Shown piece by piece: positions 26,397 through 36,366 of a stretch of 64,000 bases of DNA (positions are counted from its first letter, which is position 1; each line of letters starts with the position of its first letter). Made by a program: the position numbers and the translations under genes. The notes under the pieces were generated by a model. The model was not told where the DNA came from. It saw only the letters and a list, made by a program, of their open reading frames with translations, and did not search any database. Origin of the DNA: Kiritimatiellales bacterium (GTDB lineage: Bacteria; Verrucomicrobiota; Kiritimatiellia; Kiritimatiellales; Tichowtungiaceae); the NCBI GenBank assembly GCA_041656295.1, contig JBBADV010000005.1, positions 98,834 to 162,833 on the forward strand. Reading direction: 5' to 3'.

Positions 26397-27296
26397 TCAA
26401 AAGAGGATGATCAAAATCACGCCGGCGAGAATTCCGGCAAGCGCGATAATTTTCCGGCGGATGTTCGTCTCACCGAAAAGCAGCGCGCCGGATGTAAACG
26501 AAACAATCACGCCGGTCCGTCTTACCACCGAAAGAACCGACGCCAGCGCGTCCGGCTCACGAATCGCGTTAAAATAGGCAAAGTCCGATACAAGAAGAAA
26601 CAGCCCGATCAGTGGAATCGTCCAGCGCCATCGAAATTTCGTCAGCTTTTCGCGGCGCGGCCACCAGGCAATTGCGACAACGCCGGCGATGAGGATGGCA
26701 TTATACACCGAAAACCAGAACTGCACGAGCATCGGCGTATAGCGCAACTGCTGCAGAAGATATTTATCGTACAACACACTGCCGGCGCCGATCAGCGTCG
26801 CCGTAAAAATCAAAAGCACCCAGCCGTTGCGATGAAACACCACGCCCTCTTTCCGTCCGGCCACTGAAAAAATATAGTACGAAATAAACACAACCAGCAT
26901 CCCGGTCCATTGCGCCGGGTCCGGCCGCTCGCCGAAAAACAGCACGGCGCAAAGCAGCGTCCAGACCGGCGACGACGCGCGGATCGGAGCAGCTATTGAA
27001 ATCGGAAGATGCTTCATGGAAAAATAAGTCAATACCCACGAAACGCAAACAATACACGATTTGAAAAAAATATGCAGATGCTCCGAACGCGTCGCCGGCG
27101 GAACATAACAGCAATGCTGCTGCATCGTCTCCGGCGCCAGCCGCGACAGCGCAAAAATCAGCAGCATCAACACCGCGCCGGTACAGACCGAAAACAACAG
27201 CACCGGAAGAACCGCATTTTTATTTAATGCGTGCTTCTGGCAGACATCGTAGCTGCCGAGAAGAAGCGCTGAAACCAATCCTAAATAAATCCACAT
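26397..27296 (-). CDS. EamA/DMT-family transporter
   Basis: 299 aa with about 10 TM helices and the two-EamA-repeat layout. Confidence 0.75.
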   Translation of the reverse strand: MWIYLGLVSALLLGSYDVCQKHALNKNAVLPVLLFSVCTGAVLMLLIFALSRLAPETMQQHCCYVPPATRSEHLHIFFKSCIVCVSWVLTYFSMKHLPISIAAPIRASSPVWTLLCAVLFFGERPDPAQWTGMLVVFISYYIFSVAGRKEGVVFHRNGWVLLIFTATLIGAGSVLYDKYLLQQLRYTPMLVQFWFSVYNAILIAGVVAIAWWPRREKLTKFRWRWTIPLIGLFLLVSDFAYFNAIREPDALASVLSVVRRTGVIVSFTSGALLFGETNIRRKIIALAGILAGVILIILF

Positions 27297-27339
27297 AGCT
27301 GCACTTCCGATTTTAGATGGATGATTGCCGATTTAGCTT

Positions 27340-29106
27340 TCAGGTTTCAAACGACTCCAATTCTTCCCAGCGCGCATACGCAGCTTCCAGCTCCGCCGGA
27401 ACCGCTTCGGCGCGATCGGTTACGGTTTTAATTTCTTCCGGTGGACAACGGTAAAACTCCGGATCGTTTAATTTTTGATGGAGCTCTTCCAGCTCCGCCT
27501 CGAGCACTTCAATTTTCGCCGGCAGTTTTTTCAGATCGTCGCGCTCTTTATTCGTCAGCTTGCGCGTGCGCGCCCTGGCAGGCTCAACGGATTGTTGATT
27601 TGCGGTTTCAGATTTCAGATTGACGGCCGCACTTCGTTGCGCAACCCAATCGTCATAACCGCCGACGTATTCATTGATCGCGCCGTTTTCGAAAACCAGC
27701 GTTCCGGTGACCACGTTGTTGATAAATTCGCGGTCGTGGCTGACGAGCAGAACCGTTCCCTGATAATCCGCCAGCAGTTCCTCAAGCAGATCCAGCGTTT
27801 CAACATCCAGATCATTCGTCGGTTCGTCAAGCATCAGTACGTTCGCCGGCTGCGCAAACAGTTTCGCCAGCATCAGCCGGTTGCGCTCGCCGCCGGACAG
27901 CGTACTCACCGGCTGGTTCGCGTCCGCCGGAGAAAAAAGAAAATTCCGCAGATAACCGATCACATGCTGCGCGCCGGAACCGGTCTGCACAGATTCATTA
28001 TCGCCGCACAGATTCCATCGCACGCTTTTCGATTCATCCAGCGCCATCCGGTGCTGGTCGAAATAAGCCACGTCAAGTTTTATTCCATGAATCACCTCGC
28101 CGGCGCGCGGCGCAAGCTGACCGAGCAGCACATTCAATAGCGTCGATTTACCGCAGCCGTTCGGACCGATCATTCCAATCCGGTCGCCGCGAAAAATTTC
28201 GACGGAAAACCCGTTGATTACATCGCTGCCGTCATAACCGGCGGAAACATGCTTCGCCGTAATCACTTTCCGTCCGGACAGCTCCGCTTCGTTCAGTTGC
28301 ATCTTTACCGCGCCGGTGCGTTCGCGCCGCCGCGCGCGTTCAACGCGCATTTTTTCCAGCGCGCGTACGCGCCCTTCGTTGCGCGTCCGGCGCGCTTTAA
28401 TACCTTTGCGAATCCAGATTTCTTCCTGAGCCAGCTTGCGGTCGAACTGCGCCCGTTGCACCTCTTCGGCGTCCAGCAATGCTTCGCGGCGTTTTAAATA
28501 GGTTTCATAATCACAGTTCCAGCTCGTCAGTTTTCCGCGATCCAGCTCGATGATACGCGTCGCCAGTTTTTTCAAAAACACGCGGTCATGTGTTACGAAC
28601 AGCAGTGTGCCGCGCCAGCGCAGCAGAAAATTTTCCAGCCACTGAATTGAGTCAATATCCAGATGATTCGTCGGCTCATCCAGAATCAGCAGTTCCGGCT
28701 CATTCACCAGCGCCTTTGCCAGCAGCGCGCGGCGTTTCATCCCGCCGGAGAGCGACGAAAATTCCTGCGCCGTATCCAGATTCATCAGCGAAATAACTTT
28801 TTCAACCGGATGATCCGACGCGTGTTCACGATCCCAGCCGCCGGCAACAAGATCGTACACCGTACCGGAAATATTCTGCGGGACCTTTTGCGTCAGCCGG
28901 GCAATCCGCGGCGCGCGCGAAAAAATCCGCTCGCCGGAATCCGGCTCCAGTTCACCGCTGATAATTTTCAACAGCGTCGATTTTCCTTCGCCGTTGCGCC
29001 CGACCAGACAAATCCGCTCGCCCGGCTCAATCTGCAGTGTCACGCCATCCAGCAATGCCGGTCCGCCGAACGCGATATGAAGATTCTGTAAACTAAGCAA
29101 TGCCAT
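27340..29106 (-). CDS. ABC-F family ATPase (Uup-like, no membrane domain)
   Basis: Two ABC cassettes (GRNGEGKST and GPNGCGKST Walker A; LSGG signatures), a linker and a C-terminal coiled-coil domain. Confidence 0.9.
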   Translation of the reverse strand: MALLSLQNLHIAFGGPALLDGVTLQIEPGERICLVGRNGEGKSTLLKIISGELEPDSGERIFSRAPRIARLTQKVPQNISGTVYDLVAGGWDREHASDHPVEKVISLMNLDTAQEFSSLSGGMKRRALLAKALVNEPELLILDEPTNHLDIDSIQWLENFLLRWRGTLLFVTHDRVFLKKLATRIIELDRGKLTSWNCDYETYLKRREALLDAEEVQRAQFDRKLAQEEIWIRKGIKARRTRNEGRVRALEKMRVERARRRERTGAVKMQLNEAELSGRKVITAKHVSAGYDGSDVINGFSVEIFRGDRIGMIGPNGCGKSTLLNVLLGQLAPRAGEVIHGIKLDVAYFDQHRMALDESKSVRWNLCGDNESVQTGSGAQHVIGYLRNFLFSPADANQPVSTLSGGERNRLMLAKLFAQPANVLMLDEPTNDLDVETLDLLEELLADYQGTVLLVSHDREFINNVVTGTLVFENGAINEYVGGYDDWVAQRSAAVNLKSETANQQSVEPARARTRKLTNKERDDLKKLPAKIEVLEAELEELHQKLNDPEFYRCPPEEIKTVTDRAEAVPAELEAAYARWEELESFET

Positions 29107-29312
29107 AAAGCACGCGAATGTACCCTCCGCACCTGTGAAACGAAAGTTTTGTTTTGAATTTCAAGGATGATGAATTTGTGTCACCCGTGGTGACATAAAC
29201 CGGTTGGACAGATTTATGGTAAAGGCAAAAACACCGGTTTTATAGCTCAGCACAGAATTTATGGAATGTGATCACGGAGTGTGTGGATCTAAACGGCTGG
29301 AAAGAAAAAATT

Positions 29313-29371
29313 CTCCGTTCCCTTTGCGGCCTTTTGATGGAAATCCGCGTTCATCCGTGTGATCTGCGGTT
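29313..29371. repeat. Solo word blocks of the repeat vocabulary
   Basis: CTCCGTTCCCTTTGCGG and ATCCGCGTTCATCCGTGTGATCTGCGGTT lie in the divergent promoter region. No partner arm was found nearby. Confidence 0.5.
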
Positions 29372-29474
29372 CAATATCTGTCGATACCGGAGTTTTCCGT
29401 AACAATCTGCACGGAGCCAAAATATATTTTTTCTTCTGAATTGCGATTCGCTGCAAAAAACAGAAAATACCGGC

Positions 29475-30107
29475 GTGAATTGTCCACTGTGTAAAAATGA
29501 TGATTGTTCTGAGTCTGCTGAATTACAGCAGCGTTTATTTTTACACTGCGCGCAGTGTGCTTTGATTTTTGTGCCGGATGAACAGCTGATTTCGCAGGAA
29601 GATGAAAAGACACGGTATGATTTTCACCGGAATTCGGTAGCTGATGCCGGTTACCGAAATTTCTTAAACAAATTGTGTACAGCGATGATTGAGCGGATTC
29701 CGGCGGACGCAGCTGGTTTGGATTTCGGCTGCGGACCGAAGCCGGGCTTGTCCGTACTGTTTGAAGAATGCGGGTTCCAATGTGAGAATTATGATTTGTA
29801 TTATATGAACAATCCGTCCGTTTTTGAACGGCAGTATGATTTTCTGACCTGTTCGGAAACAATTGAACATTTCCGGAATCCGCGCGCCGAATTTGAGCAG
29901 TTTCTCCGACTGGTGAAACCTGATGGAACAATCGGAATCATGACGCAATTGTATGATGAAACCGCAACATCGTTTGAAGAATGGTTTTATATTCGCGACA
30001 TCACCCACATCCGCTTTTTTTCCCGCCGTACATTTGAATGGCTGGCAAAATATTATAGACTGACTGCCGAATTTCTGCCGGACGGAATCGTTATTTTTTC
30101 AATTTGA
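29475..30107 (+). CDS. Class I SAM-dependent methyltransferase with an N-terminal CxxC...CxxC zinc ribbon
   Basis: GTG start. Has CPLCKND...HCAQCAL and a motif I-like LDFGCGPKPG. Confidence 0.65.
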   Translation: MNCPLCKNDDCSESAELQQRLFLHCAQCALIFVPDEQLISQEDEKTRYDFHRNSVADAGYRNFLNKLCTAMIERIPADAAGLDFGCGPKPGLSVLFEECGFQCENYDLYYMNNPSVFERQYDFLTCSETIEHFRNPRAEFEQFLRLVKPDGTIGIMTQLYDETATSFEEWFYIRDITHIRFFSRRTFEWLAKYYRLTAEFLPDGIVIFSI

Positions 30108-30225
30108 GTTTGGCTGGGAATCGCAGTTCACTTTTCAGGATAAAATGGTCGTTTAATTATTTTGCCATAATTAAATAACAATTTAGACTAAGGCGTTTCA
30201 CATAGCTTTAAGGTGAAGGGATGTT

Positions 30226-30834
30226 ATGCAGATTGTCTGTTTGGATTTAGAAGGAGTACTGGTGCCGGAAATATGGATTAATGTTGCGGAACGCTCCGGA
30301 ATTGAAGAGCTGCGTGCCACCACGCGCGATATACCGGACTACGATGTACTCATGCAGCAGCGGCTGAAAATTCTTGACGAACACAATCTGACACTTGGCG
30401 ACATCCAAAATGTGATCGCCGGCATGGTACCGATGTCCGGTGCGAATGACTTCTTGAACAAGCTCCGTGAGAAATTCCAGGTTGTTATACTGTCTGACAC
30501 ATTCTACGAATTCGCCGCGCCGTTCATGCGCCAGCTTGGTCATCCGACACTCTTTTGCCACCGGCTTGAGAGTAATGCCGCCGGAAGAATCATCAACTAT
30601 CATCTGCGTATGCCGAATCATAAGTGTGCCGCCGTAAAAGCATTTCATCAACTGAACTTTAAAGTTATCGCTGCCGGCGATTCGTATAACGACACCACCA
30701 TGCTCGCCGCAGCGAACGCCGGAATTCTGTTTTGTCCGCCGCAAAACGTGATCGACGAATTTCCGCAGTTTCCCGTTACCCGTTCATACGATGAACTCTA
30801 CGCCGCATTTATCAATGCCTCGGAAATAATTTAA
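30226..30834 (+). CDS. thrH: Phosphoserine phosphatase / homoserine phosphotransferase ThrH
   Basis: Near-colinear resemblance to Pseudomonas ThrH as I remember it: CLDLEGVLVPEIWI, TTRDIPDYDVLM.QRL.ILDEH, VVILSDTFYEF, AAGDSYNDTTML. Confidence 0.85.
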   Translation: MQIVCLDLEGVLVPEIWINVAERSGIEELRATTRDIPDYDVLMQQRLKILDEHNLTLGDIQNVIAGMVPMSGANDFLNKLREKFQVVILSDTFYEFAAPFMRQLGHPTLFCHRLESNAAGRIINYHLRMPNHKCAAVKAFHQLNFKVIAAGDSYNDTTMLAAANAGILFCPPQNVIDEFPQFPVTRSYDELYAAFINASEII

Positions 30835-30883
30835 CCGCCGGCCGCGCGATTTTACGCGGCGGAATTTAATAAGGAGAAAAATC

Positions 30884-31747
30884 ATGGCTGCACCGAAAAA
30901 AATAAAAAACGACCGCTACCTCATCAAGCACCTTATTCAGCTTCAGGATTTAATCGCCGCGCGCGCGCAGCAGCAGGCATCCATGCCAACTACCGGCGCG
31001 AGTCAGCTCGATAAAAACATTAAAACGCTTACCGACGAACTGCCGCCGGACTTGCGCAGTCACTTTACCCGGCTGATTCAAAAAAATATCGAAGCCTTCG
31101 TTCCGATTACCGGCAGCAACTGCTCCGGCTGCGGATACGCGCTCGATAAATCCACCGTGAATCACATTCACGCCGGCGAAGAACTCGCCCGTTGTCCAAA
31201 CTGTACACGCATCCTTTATTATCCCGATGTTCCGATTACCCGCCGTACACCGCGTCGGCACTGGGGCGATCCGATTAAGCGCGGCATCGAACGCTTCTCG
31301 ACGCTGGCACTGATGATTCCGTCGCTCCAAGGCAGCACGAAAGAAGATGTTTTGCGTGAAATGAGCGAAAATCTCTGCGAATTCGGCTTCGTCGACAACT
31401 GCGATAATCTTTACAACGCCGCTTTGCATCGCGAAGCCATTGTTTCTACCGCCGTAACCTACGGAATGGCGTTTCCGCACGTGCGCGGCGTTGAAGGCGG
31501 CGGCTTGAACCTCACGCTCGGCATCAGTAAAAAAGGTGTGAAGTTCGGCGCACCGAAAGATCATCTTACCAAAATATTTTTCTTCATGGTTATTCCCACC
31601 GCTGCCAGTGCGTTTTATTTAAAACTGCTCTCGGGCCTTACACAGAGCTTCGCTAAAAAAGAAGCGCGCGATCTTATCATGACGTGCAAAACCAAGGAAG
31701 AACTCTGGAAAGCCCTCATCAAAGCAACGCGTAAAACGATTCAATGA
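30884..31747 (+). CDS. Fusion protein: coiled-coil/C4 zinc-ribbon (zf-RING_7/DUF164-like) N-terminus plus a PTS EIIA type-2 (PtsN-like) C-terminus
   Basis: AAGGAG RBS. Has CSGCGY...(22 aa)...CPNC, then an EIIA-2 like domain with an AFPH histidine motif and GISKKGVKF. Confidence 0.65.
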   Translation: MAAPKKIKNDRYLIKHLIQLQDLIAARAQQQASMPTTGASQLDKNIKTLTDELPPDLRSHFTRLIQKNIEAFVPITGSNCSGCGYALDKSTVNHIHAGEELARCPNCTRILYYPDVPITRRTPRRHWGDPIKRGIERFSTLALMIPSLQGSTKEDVLREMSENLCEFGFVDNCDNLYNAALHREAIVSTAVTYGMAFPHVRGVEGGGLNLTLGISKKGVKFGAPKDHLTKIFFFMVIPTAASAFYLKLLSGLTQSFAKKEARDLIMTCKTKEELWKALIKATRKTIQ

Positions 31748-32036
31748 TCTGTTGCGACGCGGGCTGTGTAGAAGCCCGCCATGTTTATTTACCAACAGGT
31801 TTTGTGCCGGTGAATGGACTGGAAAGATAATTTCCGGGGAATTCTTCCTCTGTTTCCGGATCAAATTCCAGCGGCAGGGGCTGCCGAGCAGCAGCCGCCA
31901 TGTATAAATGGGTGATTTCTTCCACTTATCGCACCGGATATTTCAGTTATGAAAAGCCGGTGAAAAAATCTGCTCTTTGAATCCGTACTCAATCCGCTAT
32001 CTTACCCTTCTCCATAACTTGAAAAGGAGCTGTACT

Positions 32037-33008
32037 ATGAACGTTCTGGTCGCCGGCGGAGCCGGATATATCGGCAGTGTCACCGCAGAAATGCTCTGCG
32101 ATGCCGGGCATGATGTTACTGTTTTTGATAATCTTGAGCGCGGACACCGCGGCGCCATCGACCCGCGCGCAAATTTTATTCAGGGCGATCTCCGGAATTC
32201 CGGCGATATCGCAACCGCACTCATGCAGGTGAAGCCCGACGCAGTGATTCATTTCGCGGCGTACATCGAAGTCGGTGAATCAATGATCGCACCGCTATCG
32301 TTTTTCGAAAACAATGTGACCGGCTCGCTGCATCTGATGAAAGCGATGGTTGCCGCCGGTTGCAAAAAACTGATTTTTTCCTCCACCTGCGCCACCTACG
32401 GCACACCGGAAAAAGTTCCGATGGACGAAACACTGCCGCAGCATCCTGAAAGTGTTTACGGAGATTCCAAACTCATCTGCGAAAAAATATTTTCCTGGGC
32501 GCGGCAGATCCATGGCGTCGAATGCGTTTTCCTACGCTACTTCAACGCCAGCGGCGCCACCGGAAAATACGGTGAAGATCATCATCCCGAAACACATCTC
32601 ATCCCGCTTATTCTACAGGTGCCGCTCGGCAAGCGCGAAAAAATCTTTATTTTCGGCGACGACTACGACACGCCGGACGGAACGTGTATTCGCGACTACA
32701 TTCACATCCGCGATCTTGCGCAGGCGCACATTCTCGCGCTCAAACCCAGAATTTCCGGCGCATTCAATCTCGGCAACGGCGACGGCTATAGCGTCAAAGA
32801 GGTCATCGATGTCGCGCGTGAAGTCACCGGCCACGCAATTCCGGCAGAACTCAAACCGCGCCGCGCCGGCGATGCCACACGTTTGATTTCCGATTCTGCT
32901 AAAGCTAAAAAAGTCCTCGGCTGGAAACCCGAATACGCCGACCTGCGCTCTATTATCCAAAGTGCGTGGGACTGGCACCGCGCGCATCCGAACGGATATG
33001 AACAATAA
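32037..33008 (+). CDS. galE: UDP-glucose 4-epimerase
   Basis: ORF trimmed to MNVLVAGGAGYIGS (GxxGxxG). Has a YGDSK (YxxxK) catalytic motif, an AAGGAG RBS and 323 aa. Confidence 0.9.
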   Translation: MNVLVAGGAGYIGSVTAEMLCDAGHDVTVFDNLERGHRGAIDPRANFIQGDLRNSGDIATALMQVKPDAVIHFAAYIEVGESMIAPLSFFENNVTGSLHLMKAMVAAGCKKLIFSSTCATYGTPEKVPMDETLPQHPESVYGDSKLICEKIFSWARQIHGVECVFLRYFNASGATGKYGEDHHPETHLIPLILQVPLGKREKIFIFGDDYDTPDGTCIRDYIHIRDLAQAHILALKPRISGAFNLGNGDGYSVKEVIDVAREVTGHAIPAELKPRRAGDATRLISDSAKAKKVLGWKPEYADLRSIIQSAWDWHRAHPNGYEQ

Positions 33009-33082
33009 TTTTTGACAGGACTTACTGGATCTGTTCCATCCTGCTGTCCGGTCAAAATTCTGTGTATTCCAGGGTTAAGAAA

Positions 33083-33841
33083 ATGAAATCGGAGATTGAA
33101 TTAATCACTATCGGCAGCGAACTGCTGAGCGGACGTACACTCAACAGCCATGCACAAACACTCGGCACCGCACTCACCGCTATCGGTCTGTGTCTGATGC
33201 GTGACACAACGGTGCCGGACGAAATAAGCAGCATTCAAAGCGCGGTGTGCGACGCATTCCGCCGTACCGACATTGTCATTGTCAGCGGAGGGCTTGGCCC
33301 GACGAGCGACGATATCACGCGTGATGCACTCGCCGGAATTTTTAATCGCAACATCGTGATCTCCCCCGAAGCGTGGACGGTATTGCACGAGCGCTTCAAA
33401 CAGCGTAATCGCACTGTTACGCCGGCGGCGGAACGGCAGGCATTCATTCTTGAAGGCGCAATAACGTTAATTAATTCCGTCGGCGCTGCTCCCGGCGAAC
33501 GGCTCGAACTGCCCGGCGGGAAAATACTGTTCATTCTGCCGGGGCCGCCGAACGAATTTGCGGCGGTGCTGAATGATCATTTCATTCCCTGGCTGAGAGG
33601 AGAGTTTTCCAGTGCCGTTCCGAATGAACTGCGCATATTAACCACGCAGGGTGTCGGTGAATCCGATATTGTCACTCTGCTGGAGTCCGTCGGTTTTGAA
33701 TGTCCGGCACAGGTGCAGCTCGGTTTTTATCCCGGCTTCGGCAAAGTCGAAATCCGCCTTACCGCGCCGCCGGAACATATCGCAGAACTCGAAAATACCG
33801 CACAGGTTTTCCGGAAATTATTTGAGCCGTTTCTCATATAG
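33083..33841 (+). CDS. CinA-like molybdopterin-binding (MoCF_biosynth) domain protein
   Basis: Motifs IELITIGSELLSGRTLNSH, VIVSGGLGPTSDDITRD and LPGPPNEF match the CinA N-terminal domain. No PncC domain is present. Confidence 0.75.
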   Translation: MKSEIELITIGSELLSGRTLNSHAQTLGTALTAIGLCLMRDTTVPDEISSIQSAVCDAFRRTDIVIVSGGLGPTSDDITRDALAGIFNRNIVISPEAWTVLHERFKQRNRTVTPAAERQAFILEGAITLINSVGAAPGERLELPGGKILFILPGPPNEFAAVLNDHFIPWLRGEFSSAVPNELRILTTQGVGESDIVTLLESVGFECPAQVQLGFYPGFGKVEIRLTAPPEHIAELENTAQVFRKLFEPFLI

Positions 33842-33865
33842 TACGAATTAATTTGATGCATATTC

Positions 33866-33944
33866 GGGTAGGGTGCGCAGTCCCTTGCGCGCCGGAATTT
33901 GAATGTTCTGTAATAGCGGTGCGCAAGGGACTGCGCGCCCTACC
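33866..33944. repeat. REP/BIME-like doublet (two self-palindromic GC-rich units in inverted orientation)
   Basis: GGGTAGGGTGCGCAGTCCCTTGCGCGCC (33866-33893) and GGTGCGCAAGGGACTGCGCGCCCTACC (33918-33944). Each unit contains a GCGCA..TGCGC stem. Confidence 0.8.
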
Positions 33945-33983
33945 GAAACGATAACAAACCACCTTTATTCATAGTTTAATTTT

Positions 33984-34721
33984 GGTTCAAGACAAGTTAA
34001 CTGGGTTGACATAGCCTTAAGATGTTGTCTTGAAATGAGTAATAAATATATTTTTCATTCACGGATTTCGGAGCACGATTTCCGGCGTATTATCCGCTAC
34101 TTTTCGGTGAATATTGAAGCATCAAAGATTGCTATTCTTACCGGGCTGAGTCGTAACACAATCAACCGGATTAGTTCTGCGGTACGCCGGCGGATCGCTG
34201 AATGCTGTGAACTGGACAGTCCGTTTAAATGCGGTGAAGTTGAATTGGATGAAAGCTGTTTCGGTGCCCGGCGTGTCCGAGGAATTCGCGGTCGTGGCGT
34301 AAAAGGAAAAACCATCGTGTTTGGACTGATAAAACGAAGAGACCGAGTCTACACTCAGGTTGTTAAGAACTGCTCTGTAAAGAAGTTACTCCCGATTATA
34401 CAACGGAAAGTGGATACGGAATTGATCGTATATACCGATGGATTTAAAAGTTACGACGGACTGGTGAATTTCGGGTATCGGAAGCATTACAGGATTCATC
34501 ATAGAAACAATGAATTTACTGTGGGACGAAATCATATTAACGGTATTGAAAACTTCTGGAGTATCGCTAAGGTTCGGCTTTCAAAATTCAGAGGAATTCA
34601 CAAATCAACGTTTTATCTCCATCTGAAAGAGTGTGAATTCCGATTTAATCATCGTCACGAAAACCTCTATCAGATACTGTTAAAAATGTTCAGAAAACGA
34701 CCCATTAACTTGTCTTGAACC
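33984..34721 (+). mobile_element. IS1595-family insertion sequence (copy 2, intact)
   Basis: 17-bp perfect terminal inverted repeats GGTTCAAGACAAGTTAA. Flanking 8-mers TTAATTTT and TAAATTTT match at 7/8 positions. Confidence 0.85.
34035..34718 (+). CDS. IS1595-family transposase
   Basis: 227 aa with ELDESCFGARRVRGIRGRG.KGKTIVFGL, YTDGFKSYD and INGIENFWS motifs. Confidence 0.85.
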   Translation: MSNKYIFHSRISEHDFRRIIRYFSVNIEASKIAILTGLSRNTINRISSAVRRRIAECCELDSPFKCGEVELDESCFGARRVRGIRGRGVKGKTIVFGLIKRRDRVYTQVVKNCSVKKLLPIIQRKVDTELIVYTDGFKSYDGLVNFGYRKHYRIHHRNNEFTVGRNHINGIENFWSIAKVRLSKFRGIHKSTFYLHLKECEFRFNHRHENLYQILLKMFRKRPINLS

Positions 34722-34739
34722 TAAATTTTTTATCGAAAT

Positions 34740-35340
34740 CTGTCGCAGAACACCCCGAGGCTTGCCACGGGGATGAATGCGTCCGACAGAGGGGGATGTA
34801 AGGGGGAGAGCGCAACATCCCCCTTTCCCGACAAGCTCCTTGCGGGATTTTGGTCAGACGATAAACTGTTGTAATGACATTAAAATGAACGAGTCTATAA
34901 TACAACCTATCATCCGGTGCGGTGTCCGAAATATCGTAAAGATATTTTTCGGGAAGAGTGGCTGAGGGAACGTGCGGAACAGTTATTTCACGCGGCGGCA
35001 GAAGACGATGAAATTGAAATCATCGAGATAGAAGTGTCGCAGGATCATGCCCATTTGATGGTTAGTGTTGCTTCCAAACGTGGAATAGGAGAGGTTGTTC
35101 GAATATTCAAAAGTGTTGTCGCGAGAGAACTGTTCCGTGAGTTCCCGAGTTTAAAAAAACGACTTTGGAGCGGGGAGCTTTGGGAAGATGGATATTTTGC
35201 ACGGACGGTTGGAGACCGGATGACGAGTGAGGTGATTCAGAAATACATTCAGCACCACCGTGAGGAAAAACAAGGAGCTACGTAGCTTGGTCTAAAGCTG
35301 CGTTAAAGATGCCCCGGGGCTTGCCACGGGGAGGTTCACT
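34740..35340 (+). mobile_element. IS200-like element (tnpA only)
   Basis: Directly repeated subterminal imperfect hairpins CCCCGAGGCTTGCCACGGGG (34753-34772) and CCCCGGGGCTTGCCACGGGG (35312-35331). An additional 9-bp stem GGGGGATGT/ACATCCCCC lies upstream of tnpA. Confidence 0.7.
34917..35285 (+). CDS. tnpA: IS200/IS605-family Y1 (HUH) transposase TnpA with no canonical start codon in frame (probably defective)
   Basis: Has CPKYRK, an HUH motif (DHAHLMV), RLWSGELWEDGYFARTVG and a C-terminal Tyr (QKYIQHH). The in-frame upstream codons read *NERVYNTTYHPVRCPKYR, while the only ATG (34885) is in another frame. Confidence 0.7.
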   Translation: MRCPKYRKDIFREEWLRERAEQLFHAAAEDDEIEIIEIEVSQDHAHLMVSVASKRGIGEVVRIFKSVVARELFREFPSLKKRLWSGELWEDGYFARTVGDRMTSEVIQKYIQHHREEKQGAT

Positions 35341-35471
35341 TTTGGCTGCTAGTTCATCACGAGTATAGAGTGATCCTACAATCTCACCTTGCCCCCATAA
35401 AACTGTCGAATTTTCAAGGGGATCTTTCGGCGAAAGTAGTAAATACCGTTTTTGACACTACAACATTTCAT
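35337..35471 (-). pseudogene. Tyrosine-integrase N-terminal stump
   Basis: Hand translation from the ATG at 35471 gives MKCCSVKNGIYYFRRKIPLKIRQFYGGKVRL*. After a frame change it continues EIVGSLYTRDELAAKSE. The GIYYFRRxIP...G.KEI..SL.T.D pattern is typical of phage-type integrase N-termini. It is cut off by the IS200 right end. Confidence 0.55.
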
Positions 35472-35592
35472 ATCAACTACAATTAACACCTTTACTGCCT
35501 CCAAAGTGTAGTAAAAGTGTAGCAGTCTGAAAAGTATAACTTATTGAAAATTACATAGTTATCTATGAATCAAGAAGTTATCTCTAATGATC

Positions 35593-35665
<73 letters not shown>

Positions 35666-35769
35666 ATCAGGAAAGTACGGGGTTATATATGCAGCGTGCG
35701 TGTAAGTCAACGCTTCTTATTATATGAATCTTGCCTTCCGGCACGCCGGCGAATCATACTGCCGGCATC

Positions 35770-36300
35770 ATGAGCAGACCGAGAAATCAGATTTCGTTTT
35801 CATGGCCGGCACCGGCACTGAATATTGTCCTGGTAGAGCCGGAAATTCCGCAGAATACCGGTAACATTGCACGCCTGTGTGCCGCGACCGGCACAATACT
35901 GCATCTGATTGAACCGCTCGGTTTCAGCCTAACCGACAAAGCGGTGCAGCGCGCCGGACTGGATTACTGGGACGCGGTGGAGGTGCACCGGCACTCAAAT
36001 CTGGAACGTTTTTCTGCCGCCCTGCCCGGTGCGTGCCGGTTTTATTTCAGTACGTCCGGCACAAAAAATTATACGGAAGCGGAATTCCGGCCCGGTGATT
36101 ACCTGATATTCGGCAGCGAAGGCCGCGGCCTGCCGCTCGATCTGCTGGCGGATCATCAGGAGTCGGTTTTTAATATCCCGATTCAACTGGATTGCGTCCG
36201 TTCGCTGAATCTTTCTAATGCGGCGGCAATCGTGCTGTATGAAGCGCTGCGGCAGTGCGCTCTGCACCGGAAAGAAATTCCGCCGGAGAAAAAAATTTGA
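35770..36300 (+). CDS. trmL: tRNA (cytidine/uridine-2'-O-)-methyltransferase TrmL (SpoU family)
   Basis: ORF trimmed to the ATG at 35770. Motifs are LNIVLVEPEIPQNTGNIARLC, LIFGSEGRGLP and SLNLSNAAAIVLYEA. Confidence 0.85.
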   Translation: MSRPRNQISFSWPAPALNIVLVEPEIPQNTGNIARLCAATGTILHLIEPLGFSLTDKAVQRAGLDYWDAVEVHRHSNLERFSAALPGACRFYFSTSGTKNYTEAEFRPGDYLIFGSEGRGLPLDLLADHQESVFNIPIQLDCVRSLNLSNAAAIVLYEALRQCALHRKEIPPEKKI

Positions 36301-36366
36301 ACATTTTCTGATTTTAAATAGTCTGTCTGTTTATTCCTATTTTTAAATTTGAAGGAGAATCGCATT

